A DNA stretch of 64,000 nucleotides from Chamaesiphon sp. (GTDB taxonomy: Bacteria; Cyanobacteriota; Cyanobacteriia; Cyanobacteriales; Chamaesiphonaceae): positions 1 through 64,000 of the forward strand of contig CBDFFH010000020.1 in the NCBI GenBank assembly GCA_965246715.1, given 5' to 3'. Positions 50,739 to 61,239 of this stretch are shown piece after piece. Every line of letters begins with the position of its first letter. Position 1 is the stretch's first letter. A program made the position numbers and the translations under genes. The notes under the pieces are model-generated. The model made no database searches and was not told the origin of the DNA. It was given only the letters and a program-made list of their open reading frames with translations.

Positions 50739-51338
50739 ATGACTTACACCCCAACCAAAACCCTGACCTTTGCAGACTTCCTCACTCAATACCAAAATAA
50801 CCCCCGCTATGAACTGGCTGACGGAGAAATAATCGACATGGAACCCACAGGACCCCACGAAACCGTCAGCGGTAAACTCGCCATCAAAATCGGCATCGCC
50901 ATCACCCAACACCCCTGGTTTATTCCCCGTAACTGTCTGATTCGCCCCTTCATCGACACAGCCACCGCCCGTCGCCCCGATATTATCGTTTTAGATGAAA
51001 CACAGATCGTCAACGAACCATACTGGGAAAAAGAACCCGTTATTACATTAGGTCGATCGATTAAACTTGTAGTTGAGGTAGTTAGCACCAACTGGGAAAC
51101 AGACTATGCCCGCAAAGTTGAAGAATACGCCCTGCTCGGAATTCCCGAATATTGGATCGTCGATTATCGCGGGTTAGGCGGCGTTGCCTTTATCGGTAAA
51201 CCAAAACAACCCACCTTCACAGTCTGCCAACTCAACGGCGAAGAATACAGCCAACAGCAATATCGCTTAGGGCAACCTATTACCTCCAGCCTCCTGCCAA
51301 ATCTCCAGCTTTGTCTCGATGAAATTCTCCCCCGCTAG
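50739..51338 (+). CDS. Uma2-family endonuclease
   Basis: RYELADG, RRPDIIV, LVVEVVSTNW, EYALLGIPEYWIVD. Confidence 0.9.
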   Translation: MTYTPTKTLTFADFLTQYQNNPRYELADGEIIDMEPTGPHETVSGKLAIKIGIAITQHPWFIPRNCLIRPFIDTATARRPDIIVLDETQIVNEPYWEKEPVITLGRSIKLVVEVVSTNWETDYARKVEEYALLGIPEYWIVDYRGLGGVAFIGKPKQPTFTVCQLNGEEYSQQQYRLGQPITSSLLPNLQLCLDEILPR

Positions 51339-52363
51339 ATCGTCTCGATCTTAACAATTTCACCTTCAACCGCCAAACCAGCGGCTTCACTAGTTTCAAC
51401 CACCTCTATCGCAGCTTCCACATCAGCAACTTCAGCAGCAACAACCACTTCAGGAATATAGTCGGGATGGTACGGAATCAGTCCCGTACTACCTAAAGCT
51501 TGTGTCGCCTCCTTCAACCACTTCTTGAGCCGTCGATTGGTAGAAAAGGGAATCCAGTCAGAATCGATCGCTTCCCCAAAAGGGATATACTCACTCAGGA
51601 TCTTATTCTTGTCTTCTGGGGCTACTTCCATCTCAGGGAAAAAGATCGACTGGAAGCCATATTTATCCAGAATCGTCCGAACTTTACCATCCTCGTCGAA
51701 TCCATGCTTCCAGCGGATATTCGTCGGCGCACCCAGATTTTTGACTAGAACGTGGGGGATTTTACCCTGAGTACTCTCGACTGACTCGACAAACAAATCG
51801 ATCGATTCTGGCGTACCGTTTGTGATGAAGAAAAAGACGATATCGATCGTATTATCGGGATCTTCGAGCATCCCCACCACATCATTCTGCTCCAGCCAAC
51901 GGTTGACATAACTTGCCACCTGGGACGGCATCACGATTAGAACATCCTGCGTCCTCGCGATGTCCAAGATTTTATCCGCGTGAAAGTAGCTATCCGCATT
52001 ACCTGAAAAGGTAATCTGCTCCTGGAGGACAAAATCTGCCGCTTTGGGCTTGGTAGCCGTCGAACTTTTATCCTTGCGCGAGACAGTTGCAGACTCCACC
52101 TCACTCATCACAGGGTTTGAGTTCCGAAATCCGCGATACATTTCCTGGCGATAGGTTAAGCCGACATTGGGTGTAGAAGCATCGGCATCGATGAGGAAAA
52201 ATCGTCGATCTGCGGCGGTGAGTAGCTCTGCTATTGCCAGTCCGACTGTAGTTTTGCCCATGCCGCCTTTTTCACTAATCGCGACCCAGATCGTCGTTCT
52301 GGCTGGAGTCAGATCGGTTTCGTTCTCTCCTGCTGGAGCTGTTTTAACTGCTTTTTTGACCAC
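51335..52363 (-). CDS. P-loop NTPase, ParA/TraL-like mobilisation accessory protein
   Basis: Deviant Walker A SEKGGMGKTT, LIDAD; last gene of the operon divergent from mobC. Confidence 0.7.
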   Translation of the reverse strand: MVKKAVKTAPAGENETDLTPARTTIWVAISEKGGMGKTTVGLAIAELLTAADRRFFLIDADASTPNVGLTYRQEMYRGFRNSNPVMSEVESATVSRKDKSSTATKPKAADFVLQEQITFSGNADSYFHADKILDIARTQDVLIVMPSQVASYVNRWLEQNDVVGMLEDPDNTIDIVFFFITNGTPESIDLFVESVESTQGKIPHVLVKNLGAPTNIRWKHGFDEDGKVRTILDKYGFQSIFFPEMEVAPEDKNKILSEYIPFGEAIDSDWIPFSTNRRLKKWLKEATQALGSTGLIPYHPDYIPEVVVAAEVADVEAAIEVVETSEAAGLAVEGEIVKIETI

Positions 52364-52368
52364 GATAA

Positions 52369-53532
52369 TTATTTCGCCTCTACGGTTGATTTAGTTCTAG
52401 ATTTGCTGATTTTTGGTTGGGGTTTGGACATCAAATACTGCCACAGACAGTAGACATCTGCCATCCGCGACTGACATTCTGGTGGTACATCTAACTCTGG
52501 TAAGTTAAAGCCAGTGTTGCTGTAATAGATTGCTGCTTTGCCATTGAGCTGTGGACGCGGTGGTAGTTTCTCATCGAAGTAAGACACCAACTCATCCTTG
52601 AGGACATCAGCCGTTCCCCCCGAAATCATCATTTCCTCGATGTCTGTCGGTAGATGTTCGTTGAGCCAGTCGAAGACCATATTGCAATAAGTCTCGTTGG
52701 TAGATTCCAGTACCTCAATTAAATGATCGAGTTCCTGTGCGGCGGCTCGCTCGTCTTGTCGGCGCAGAATCGGCTTGAGAGCTGTCGCATCCTGCGCGAA
52801 CCAGTATTTAGCCATTGCCCCAGTTAATGTCTCTAACTTGTACCCAGCAGTGCGCTTGACCACCTCTTTCACCCAGTTGCTAAAACCCAAGTCACAACTA
52901 GCGAAGTGGGTAATTACGCCATTCTTAGTCACGTAACAAGTCAGATTGCGATGACCTGCCATCAACATTCCCACTGACGATCTCAGACTGGCTGGATGCC
53001 GATCTCGATACAACTCCAGAATCCCCGCACCTTCTGGATGAAAGCAAGATTCCACCAAATTCACATTCATCTTGCCCTGGGGAGCCTCAAAGTCTGGCAG
53101 AAATTCCACCAGTTGTTGTTTCAACAATTCCCGATCCATCAGCTCTCCAGGCGGCAACAAACACCCGATCGATAGATCGAAATTATGCCCCAATCCAAAC
53201 CGCTGGGCTAGAATCGCAACAACTGCCAAAATCTTGTAGGCGGCAGATTCGGTTTTCAGCGGTTTGAACCGTTGCAAAGCTCCAAATCGCTGTGCCAGAT
53301 CGCCAACGGCATAGTAATTGTCATTGACACCAACAAAGCAATAATCGACTGTCGCAGTTGCCGCTCCCGTCCCCAGACTGTAGTTCGCTCCATTCTCCAA
53401 AGATCCCCGATTGACAGCGATTAATTCTGGGGACATCACCACCGCGCTCATCGCGCCGTCGCAAACCCCCACGATCTTAATTAAACTCGAACCCAGATCG
53501 ATCGCCGCAGATAATCTCTTGCGTTTAGCCAT
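52369..53532 (-). CDS. ParM/StbA-like actin-family ATPase
   Basis: AIDLGSSLIK, YYAVG, HPEGAG, MAGHRN, ISGGTA. Confidence 0.85.
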   Translation of the reverse strand: MAKRKRLSAAIDLGSSLIKIVGVCDGAMSAVVMSPELIAVNRGSLENGANYSLGTGAATATVDYCFVGVNDNYYAVGDLAQRFGALQRFKPLKTESAAYKILAVVAILAQRFGLGHNFDLSIGCLLPPGELMDRELLKQQLVEFLPDFEAPQGKMNVNLVESCFHPEGAGILELYRDRHPASLRSSVGMLMAGHRNLTCYVTKNGVITHFASCDLGFSNWVKEVVKRTAGYKLETLTGAMAKYWFAQDATALKPILRRQDERAAAQELDHLIEVLESTNETYCNMVFDWLNEHLPTDIEEMMISGGTADVLKDELVSYFDEKLPPRPQLNGKAAIYYSNTGFNLPELDVPPECQSRMADVYCLWQYLMSKPQPKISKSRTKSTVEAK

Positions 53533-53561
53533 GTTTACTCACCGATATATTCGATCGACAC

Positions 53562-54095
53562 CTACTTATTCATCCCCAAGACCGAAAAGTCAAAAGATGA
53601 TGGCGGCTGTACCCACACCTCCTCATCGTCATCGCGTTCGCGAAGCGTCCCCTGTGGGGAATCGACTGAAGCCGAGTCTACGAACTGAACCTGTGGATTC
53701 GTCAATGGTTGTGACATCGGTAATAACCCAAAACTCATCAAACATTCAGGCGATAAGTTAATCCCATCTTTAACTCTGTGGTAATTAACCAAGAATCTCA
53801 TCTGAGCGGATAACGTATTGAGCGATTCGAGTAGTGCTAACTCAATGTCTTGCTGCGAACTACTGGGATGTTCGGATCGAGCCTGAGAAGCATAAAAGCC
53901 ATAGAGTGCCTTGAGAATTGTTGGCTTACTCTTGCCGATTCTTTTGAGAAACTCGGCAATTAGTACCTGATTGAAATCACTTTGGATGATGTCGAATTTA
54001 AACATGTCAGATTTGGTGGAGCGATCGGCATCATGATAATATATCTCGCTCGACACCAATCTTACGACCGCCAATCCCCCCAAAAGCACCCTCAA
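53562..54095 (-). CDS. Hypothetical protein upstream of ParM (possible adaptor)
   Basis: Operon position; start uncertain. Confidence 0.55.
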   Translation of the reverse strand: MRVLLGGLAVVRLVSSEIYYHDADRSTKSDMFKFDIIQSDFNQVLIAEFLKRIGKSKPTILKALYGFYASQARSEHPSSSQQDIELALLESLNTLSAQMRFLVNYHRVKDGINLSPECLMSFGLLPMSQPLTNPQVQFVDSASVDSPQGTLRERDDDEEVWVQPPSSFDFSVLGMNK

Positions 54096-54552
54096 AACAC
54101 CTCTAAATCCCCCCTATTCGGGGTGCTAACTCCAGCTAGATGACCGATTACACCCCTATTTATCCCCCCTGCTGCACCCCTAAAACACCCCAATTTAGCT
54201 GGATTATTAACCGCAACCTAATTCAAAACCGCTAAATTACCCCAGAATTTACCCGCAATTTAACCGATCCGAATCTATCAGTGAAAGCATAGAATTGAGT
54301 GCAGCCTGGAGTTAGTGGTGGAGAGGAGTAGCCAGCTATGTTAGTGCCCGTACAATTGCCTGTGGCAATTTAGAATCGGTGCAGTCTGGGTATGGATTTT
54401 CGCCCTTGCCCACTCCTCGTTTTTGAGACTAATTGATGATTTGACACATCTCACTTAGTCCTGAAAAATCCATGAATTCCATAATACTTTGCGTATCTGC
54501 ACCCGTAGTGAACGATCTGGCGATTTATAAGTAAAAGTAGCTATGAGCAGTT

Positions 54553-54954
54553 GTGAGTAATCTAGAGAAACAGACAAAGGTAAAGACTTCCGATCGGAAA
54601 ACTAATCGCATCGAATTGCGAGTTGGAAGCCAGGATTTACAAATTATCGAAGCCAATGCCAAGCAAGTAGGTTTGAACCGTTCCCAGTTTCTAATATCCA
54701 GAGGTAAAAAGCAAACTTATCCGATCGCTCGGCATCTTCCAACTCCGAATTACGCTCCGTTAATGTTAAATCTCCGCGAACTCAAGTCGCAGGGTAACGA
54801 TCTCCAACAGATCGGTAGAGCTATGAATCGCGCTCTGCTAGATGGAACATCTGTTGATGTCTATCCCCAGCAACTACAGCAGCTAATCGCAGATAACCAG
54901 CAAGCCATCCAGGCAATTCTTATCGCACTCACCCAAAGTCATGACGATCGCTAA
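54553..54954 (+). CDS. mobC: MobC-like relaxosome accessory protein
   Basis: RHH-like RIELRV...GLNRSQF and ELKSQGNDLQQIGRAMN; overlaps relaxase start. Confidence 0.85.
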   Translation: MSNLEKQTKVKTSDRKTNRIELRVGSQDLQIIEANAKQVGLNRSQFLISRGKKQTYPIARHLPTPNYAPLMLNLRELKSQGNDLQQIGRAMNRALLDGTSVDVYPQQLQQLIADNQQAIQAILIALTQSHDDR

Positions 54955-56128
54955 TATCACTAAAGGTAAAGGCTTTGGGGGTCTAATGGGCTATTTGCTA
55001 GACCCAGATAAAAAACCTCGCGTCATTAGTAGTTGTGTTGCTAGTTCCACGCCTGCCGACTTAGCGCGGGAGTTCCGACTGGTAGCTAATCTCCGTCCTA
55101 GTGTAACTAAACCCGTTCGTCACTTCTCAATTTCATTTGCCCCAGCGGATGGTCGGGTTGACGATGTTATCAAAGAAGCAGTTGCCTTTCGAGTTCTCGA
55201 TGGATTGGGCTACGAAGACTGTCAATTTATTGCGATCGATCACGACCGCGATGACCCCGGACACGATTACGCTCACGACCACGACCATATTCATGTTGTG
55301 ACCAATGCCGTAACGGTTTTGGGTGAATATGTCAAAGATAGTTTTGACAGGTATAAGATTCAAACGATCCTCAGAGAATTAGAGCGGGATTTTGGATTGC
55401 AGAAAATAACATCATCCTGGGAAATCAAACATCAAAAAGCTCAAGGGATGCACCTCAATACGGATATCGCTCGGCTGGTCAGTACTTCGCTCCAAGATTG
55501 CCCAAATCTCCAAACTTGGCTCGATCGCTTGGCGGAGTCTAATATTGATGTGCGCTTTAATATTAGTAATAACGATTGCATCAAGGGTGTGACTTTTCTC
55601 CAAGACGATCGAGTTTATAAGGGTGGAGATATTGGCTCGAAGTGGTCGGTAGTGAGCCAGCGAATACCGATTACCCATCGCGATCTTGCCTTAATGCAAG
55701 TGGCTAATATCAAGAGTCAGGAAAAGCCCGTGCGGTTGGATAAGCTGGAGCGAGCAATGTTCGATCGGGCTGTGGAGATGGCTTTGATGAAATTAGGACA
55801 TAGTAACAAGTTTAAGAACTCTCGTGCAGATATTAAATTAGCTGAAGACACCTTGACGGTGATGCGAATGCGACCCCATCGGTTAATGTTCGAGGCGACT
55901 CAGACAAATAATGGTCGCTGGGAACCAGTGGGCTTCCCCCATATCGAGCGCACAGATGTAAAGCAACTCGAACGTTTTAATGGGGTGGATTCCACAAAGT
56001 TTGAAACTCCTATTGAGGATAAAGCTTTAGATATAGCAGATGAATTTATTAGAGTTGCTGCTTGTGTTGTCAGCGATCTAGACCAAGAGGAAGATGAATA
56101 CTTTGAGGAAGAAGGTTTGTCTTTTTAG
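54941..56128 (+). CDS. Relaxase (MOBP-type)
   Basis: GKGFGGLMGYL, PVRHFSISF, HDHDHIHVVTN HUH motif. Confidence 0.9.
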   Translation: MTIANITKGKGFGGLMGYLLDPDKKPRVISSCVASSTPADLAREFRLVANLRPSVTKPVRHFSISFAPADGRVDDVIKEAVAFRVLDGLGYEDCQFIAIDHDRDDPGHDYAHDHDHIHVVTNAVTVLGEYVKDSFDRYKIQTILRELERDFGLQKITSSWEIKHQKAQGMHLNTDIARLVSTSLQDCPNLQTWLDRLAESNIDVRFNISNNDCIKGVTFLQDDRVYKGGDIGSKWSVVSQRIPITHRDLALMQVANIKSQEKPVRLDKLERAMFDRAVEMALMKLGHSNKFKNSRADIKLAEDTLTVMRMRPHRLMFEATQTNNGRWEPVGFPHIERTDVKQLERFNGVDSTKFETPIEDKALDIADEFIRVAACVVSDLDQEEDEYFEEEGLSF

Positions 56129-56168
56129 CGATCGCTAACAGATTTGCACTTTATATGGTTCAATCTAT

Positions 56169-56194
56169 CGTGTGGGACAACGTTGTCCCACACG
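56169..56194. repeat. parS-like palindrome upstream of parA
   Basis: CGTGTGGGACAACGTTGTCCCACACG. Confidence 0.8.
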
Positions 56195-56221
56195 CTTGCG
56201 TAAAGTTCGCATATCTACCAC

Positions 56222-57106
56222 ATGACCTTACCGCAAAAAAGTAGCCAGTCCAAAGTGGCTCAAAGACAAATTCGGATTTGTATTGCCAGTAATGCTGGCG
56301 GATCTGGTAAAACAACTGCTGCCGTTCATTTAGCATACGCGATCGCTGCCAAAGGATTTAAGGTGACGATTATCGAATTAGATATCTCTAGTTCCTTGAG
56401 TACCTTCACTGGATTGTCCATGAATCCAGAACCACAAGACTCGATCGCGACGGTATTCGAGCCTGATTTTGCTGGAAATTACCCGCTCAAACCAGTCTGG
56501 GCAGAAAAAACTGACAAAATTACCGCCATTCAGGGCGGTGAAGCGATCGAGCGAGTAATTCGCGAGATTCCCCTCAATCCACGCGGACATTATTTATTAC
56601 AAGATCGGCTTGAAGATTATCCCCTAGCTGCCGATGTCATTCTATTTGATACCCCAGCTACCTTAGAACCAATGGGGGTCGTTGCCTTGGCTGCTAGCAC
56701 CCACGTTCTATCGCCAATTAAGCCAGAAAATAAGGATGCTGAAGGCTTTGCTGGTTTTATCCGGTGGTATTTTAGGCAATTATCAGAATTAAGACTGCGC
56801 CCCAAGCCAGAAATATTAGGATTCGTCCCCAATCGAGTAGACTGGGCTGAAACCTCCATGCACCGGAATTTTCTGGGACTGAATAAACAGGGTAAGCTCC
56901 GCACTGATATCGATCTGAGCGATACCTTGCCAGTACTAATCGAAGAAATGGGGATTCATTGCTTCCCCGCGATTCGTCAGTCTAATTACTATCTCAATGC
57001 GTCTTTAGAAAGATTGCCGCTTCAGCTTTACCGCCCTGGCTGTGATGCTGCCAAAGATTTCGACCCGATTACCGACAAAATTGTAGAATTATTAACCGAG
57101 GCATAA
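56222..57106 (+). CDS. parA: ParA-family partition ATPase
   Basis: NAGGSGKTT, ILFDTPATL, GFVPNR. Confidence 0.92.
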   Translation: MTLPQKSSQSKVAQRQIRICIASNAGGSGKTTAAVHLAYAIAAKGFKVTIIELDISSSLSTFTGLSMNPEPQDSIATVFEPDFAGNYPLKPVWAEKTDKITAIQGGEAIERVIREIPLNPRGHYLLQDRLEDYPLAADVILFDTPATLEPMGVVALAASTHVLSPIKPENKDAEGFAGFIRWYFRQLSELRLRPKPEILGFVPNRVDWAETSMHRNFLGLNKQGKLRTDIDLSDTLPVLIEEMGIHCFPAIRQSNYYLNASLERLPLQLYRPGCDAAKDFDPITDKIVELLTEA

Positions 57107-57111
57107 AATTT

Positions 57112-58305
57112 ATGGCTGCTCAAACTAAAAAGCTCGGCGGATTGCGCGATTCTTTTCAGGGTGCTAGAGAATATCAACAAATTGAGGGCTTACAATCCGA
57201 GGTAGAGGATCTCAAAGCTGAAGTTGCTAGGCTCAAGTCGCAGGAACTTAATAGTGTCCAGCAGTCTCAACTTGAAGGGCAAATTGCCGAACTAACCGCA
57301 CAACTAGCGGCTCGATCCGGAATTCATCGGATTTCGGTCGGTAAAATCGATCGCGATGAAGCTCAACCACGAACCGTATTTCCCCCAGCAATCGTTCAAG
57401 AAAGAGCTGAAAGTCTTCGTACTAAGGGTCAGCTCACACCGATTATCGTTATCCCCACGGGCGATCGATATAAGTTGTTTGAAGGTGAATTGCGCTGGCG
57501 AGGTGCTCAAAAACTAGGTTGGGAGGAGTTGGAAGCCGTGTTTTTAACGGCCGCAGCATCTCTAAATGCTACTGAGATCTTCGAGCGGCAGGTAGTTACC
57601 AGCATTCAATCCCAACGTCTGCACGATCTGGATATCGCCGAAGCAATAATTAAATTGACCGTCGATCGTTATCCCAACTGGGCTAGCCGAGAAACTGAGA
57701 TTCCGAAGGCTCTTCATGCCGCTCTGCGTCAGATGGAGAGAGAGGGTAACGCTCCAGATTTTAATACTCTCAAAATAGCCGATCCCCAGACTCAACAATT
57801 ATGGCTCGATAGTCTAAAAAACAAAGATGAGGAGAAACAGATTTTCCAGACGATCTTGGGCTTACAACTTCATCCCGCTAGTATTAATAAGCATATTCTT
57901 CCCCTCTTAAAAGTGTCAGATGATGTGAAAGCGGCGATCAGAGAGTACGGACTCGAAGGTAGCAAGGCAAAGCAAATTGACAGGCTTACCCCTGAATATC
58001 TGGGACAGTCAGATGAAGATGCCTTGAAAATTAGAGCCGAGGTAATTCAACAAATAACTGAAGATAAATTATCTTTAATTGAAACCAAAATGTTAATTGA
58101 AGATACGATCGATACTCATGTCCCCACTCCTGTAATTAAACCAGATCGAGTCGTTCAAGTGACTGGGAAAGTCAATAAGTTGTTAGCAGATATTAATACT
58201 GCCCAAGAACTAGCCGATCTCGAACGCGCACTCAAGGAAATCCAAAAAGCTCTTAAACTCAAGCGTTCCGAGCTTCAACCGCCATCTCAATCGCCTTCAG
58301 CATAG
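57112..58305 (+). CDS. parB: ParB-family partition protein
   Basis: QPRTVF, GQLTPIIV, EGELRWRGA. Confidence 0.9.
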   Translation: MAAQTKKLGGLRDSFQGAREYQQIEGLQSEVEDLKAEVARLKSQELNSVQQSQLEGQIAELTAQLAARSGIHRISVGKIDRDEAQPRTVFPPAIVQERAESLRTKGQLTPIIVIPTGDRYKLFEGELRWRGAQKLGWEELEAVFLTAAASLNATEIFERQVVTSIQSQRLHDLDIAEAIIKLTVDRYPNWASRETEIPKALHAALRQMEREGNAPDFNTLKIADPQTQQLWLDSLKNKDEEKQIFQTILGLQLHPASINKHILPLLKVSDDVKAAIREYGLEGSKAKQIDRLTPEYLGQSDEDALKIRAEVIQQITEDKLSLIETKMLIEDTIDTHVPTPVIKPDRVVQVTGKVNKLLADINTAQELADLERALKEIQKALKLKRSELQPPSQSPSA

Positions 58306-58309
58306 ATCG

Positions 58310-58349
58310 TTAAATACCTGTGGGACAACGTTGTCCCACAGGTATTTAA
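58310..58349. repeat. 40-bp parS-like palindrome downstream of parB
   Basis: TTAAATACCTGTGGGACAACGTTGTCCCACAGGTATTTAA. Confidence 0.8.
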
Positions 58350-58413
58350 TGCGCGATAGAGCGGGTCTTTTGGTTCTATTTTCTCCTAAACTTCTGTTGT
58401 AAAGCAGGTATCT

Positions 58414-58836
58414 CTAGTAGACAAATCTAGTTCCAGTTGTCGATGCAATATCAGTGGTAATTGTGGCAATCGATCGATTAAATCGGCAAGTGTTAACTGC
58501 CAATTTTGCTTGTTCTGGCGAGATCTGCCGCACTTTTGGTAATTTTAACTTCAGCGATAATTGCCCTGGTGTCGGTTGAGGACGATGGCGGTGCATTCGT
58601 AAATGACACCCGCTGCACAAGCAGACGAGATTAAACGTGTCATTCTGAGCGGGATTCCCATCTAGATGGTGGACTTGCGCCGATAGCTTGCGTCTGAGTG
58701 AGAGATCGAGATGTCGATAACTATTATGTGGAGGCAAACACTTCAAGCCACAGCGGTTACAACGATAACCTGCTGCTTGCTTGACTGTGGTGGCAATGTC
58801 CGTCCAATTGTCGGGATATTCTAGAGTTAACGGCAT
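58414..58836 (-). CDS. HNH endonuclease
   Basis: CNRC...VHHLDGNPAQN...NLVCLCSGCHLRMH. Confidence 0.85.
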   Translation of the reverse strand: MPLTLEYPDNWTDIATTVKQAAGYRCNRCGLKCLPPHNSYRHLDLSLRRKLSAQVHHLDGNPAQNDTFNLVCLCSGCHLRMHRHRPQPTPGQLSLKLKLPKVRQISPEQAKLAVNTCRFNRSIATITTDIASTTGTRFVY

Positions 58837-58842
58837 GGTTAC

Positions 58843-59960
58843 TTATTTAATCGATCTAAACCGAGTCATTAAAGCCGATCGATTACTATAATCCAACTTA
58901 ATCTTATCAAACCGTTCGCTAAATTCAGCCAACCGTCCCCGATCTACTGCCAAATCCCGCAGATCTTTGAGTAAAGCCGTAGCTTCATCGTAAGGCTTGG
59001 CTTGCTTTAATTCAATCAGTTCCACTACCTTCTTCCAAGTTTGAGCTTCCCTTGATGCCAGTGCGTCCAATTCTTTAACGCGCTGTTTTCTCGCCCGCTC
59101 CCGTTCTCGATCCTCCTCTGCCGATTTGACAGCATCGGCAATCGATCGGAGTTCCGATAATCGTCGCTGTCCTGCCGTAAATTGAGGAGCAGATTTATCC
59201 TTACCAGCTAATTCCTTCAAGCGATTAATCAATTGCAGATCGACATGCGGTTCGCGCCGAACGAGTTTGAGTAAGAATTTTTGTCGTTCGGCTGCTGAGA
59301 GCAATGAAAGTAAATCTTCTAGTGGTACTTCTGAAGCCGCTTGCTGCTGTAAACTTGCCTGTGCCGCAGCCGCCACCAACTCAGGATCGAGTTCTACCAG
59401 TTCGATAAATGCCTTCAGTGACGGCGAAAGTTCGCTTAGATTAGCCGGAATCGGTGGCTCGATCGGATCTTCATCCAGCACATGTCCCGCCAGCTCAGGA
59501 GCCATCTTCAACCAAACCAGATACAACAAGCGTAAATCTCCCCCCAACAGCTCTTCCCGCAATGGCAGCAATTGAGACATCCAGCCTTCACCTTCTACCC
59601 ATCCCGATACTCCCTCTTCTTGGTGAATTTCCAGATCCAGAACGATATATTTAGAAGTTTCGGTAATCGTTATCGTATTGCGGAGAGCGTAGGTTTGAAA
59701 TAACTTGCGGATCGACGATCGCTTTTGGAAATCGAAATATCAACCGCCAAGTGCCCCAGTTGGCGATGTAAAACATCATGTCGAAGTATTTAGTCTAATA
59801 CCTCTTCTGGCTTGTGGCGAAAGTCCCCATAGTTATAGAGAAAAATTGCCTGAGTTGAGGAGAGTTTAACCCGACTGGAGAGTTCTTTTACCTCTGCTTG
59901 TTCCTTTGGTGTCAACGGACGATCGATCGCCTGAAATTCGTAATATTGATATTCACTCAT
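58843..59960 (-). pseudogene. Conserved hypothetical protein with frameshifted 5' part
   Basis: ATG at 59960 reads MSEYQYYEFQAIDRPLT...YGDFR; frame breaks near 59795 and 59700 before joining ORF 58843..59580. Confidence 0.7.
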
Positions 59961-60242
59961 CTCATCAAGGGGAAGGGAGAAGGGGTAAAGGGTAAACGGA
60001 GAGACGATCCGATTCAGTCGATTGCCAGAATTGGAAGACCTAATCTAGCAGGTAAGCGCGTGTATCTTTTGCCAACTTGGTTTTGTCTGACCGCCAACCC
60101 GTTGGCGAAGCCTCTCGTAAGAGAATCGCCTTATTCGATCCTACGACGATCTAGCAACCCAAACAAGTCCACTTCAGAATAGGTCGCATTGTTTATAGTT
60201 CTAGCTATATGATTAGATTTATTCAGCTAGAACTAGAGATGA

Positions 60243-60947
60243 TTGCCAATGCCAATCCGAATGTGTGCCTATGGCTTTAGCTGCGCGTCCATGATGATGG
60301 AACCAGGACTGACAGCCGAAGATTGCCCCAATAGAGACATTTGCGGCACGATTCGCCAACTAACCGAAGCAGAGCGAGTCGAGCTGCATTACGCCAGAAT
60401 CGAAAACAACGTGCGGACGATCGACACCATGATGACGAACGGGCGCAGATGCCGCTCTCTATTTACTATCAACTCGCGCTTGTCCCCAAACGCCCTGCAT
60501 CCCTGGGCGTAACGGAAACACTCGCTCGACTGCGCTCGACGCTCTCACAGCTCGAAGAAACGATCGCTCAATTAAGTAGTGAAGATTGTTATATTGCCCC
60601 CATCGGCGTGGAAGCTCACCGCTATCTGGTCAAACGACCCTACGGAGTCTATCAATACAATAAATTGACTTCTAGAGAAGCCATCTTTCCACCCCAGGAG
60701 CGAGAAGAACTCGGTAAAAGTAATTCACCTATCGTCAGACTACGACAGTCGAAATTTTGAGGGGAGAGCCGGAATCGAGCGCAGAAACAGATTACTCGCG
60801 ATCCGTACAGCAATCGACACGGCTGAAGCTCTTTTAAATCGAGCGATCGAAGCTGCTGCTAATCCACCAGTAAGCGATGTGGTGGCTGAAAAAATCGCCC
60901 GCATTCCACCCGAAACTGGGGATGCAGTCGTTGGCGAGACGATCTGA
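60243..60947 (+). pseudogene. Hypothetical protein split across three frames
   Basis: 60243..60512, 60341..60760 (HRYLVKRPYGVYQYNKL) and a third frame (KVIHLS...GIERRNRL) ending near 60947. Confidence 0.5.
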
Positions 60948-61239
60948 CTAGCATTCGAGTCTTTATAGTTCTAGCTAAATAAATATACTATTACAGCTAG
61001 AACTATAAAAAATGTACCTCTACAGAACCGTATCGCCACCTGAGACGAGCGAAATTGAGGCGATCGACAGCCAACAAAATTCAAAGACGATCGGCTCGCG
61101 GATGAAAATCGGGACAATAACACTCCAAGGGCACTCCAGACGGAAGACCCAATGGATAGATGGCGCACAAGTACCGCCCAATAGAGCAGAGTGAGAGGCA
61201 CATTTCAAGCATTGCTGAGTTTGAGTCTCAATTCTCAAT

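Noticed and set aside
54096..54552. An exact nic site
   Set aside because: No sequence I could confidently match to a known MOBP nic consensus; only the interval is proposed.
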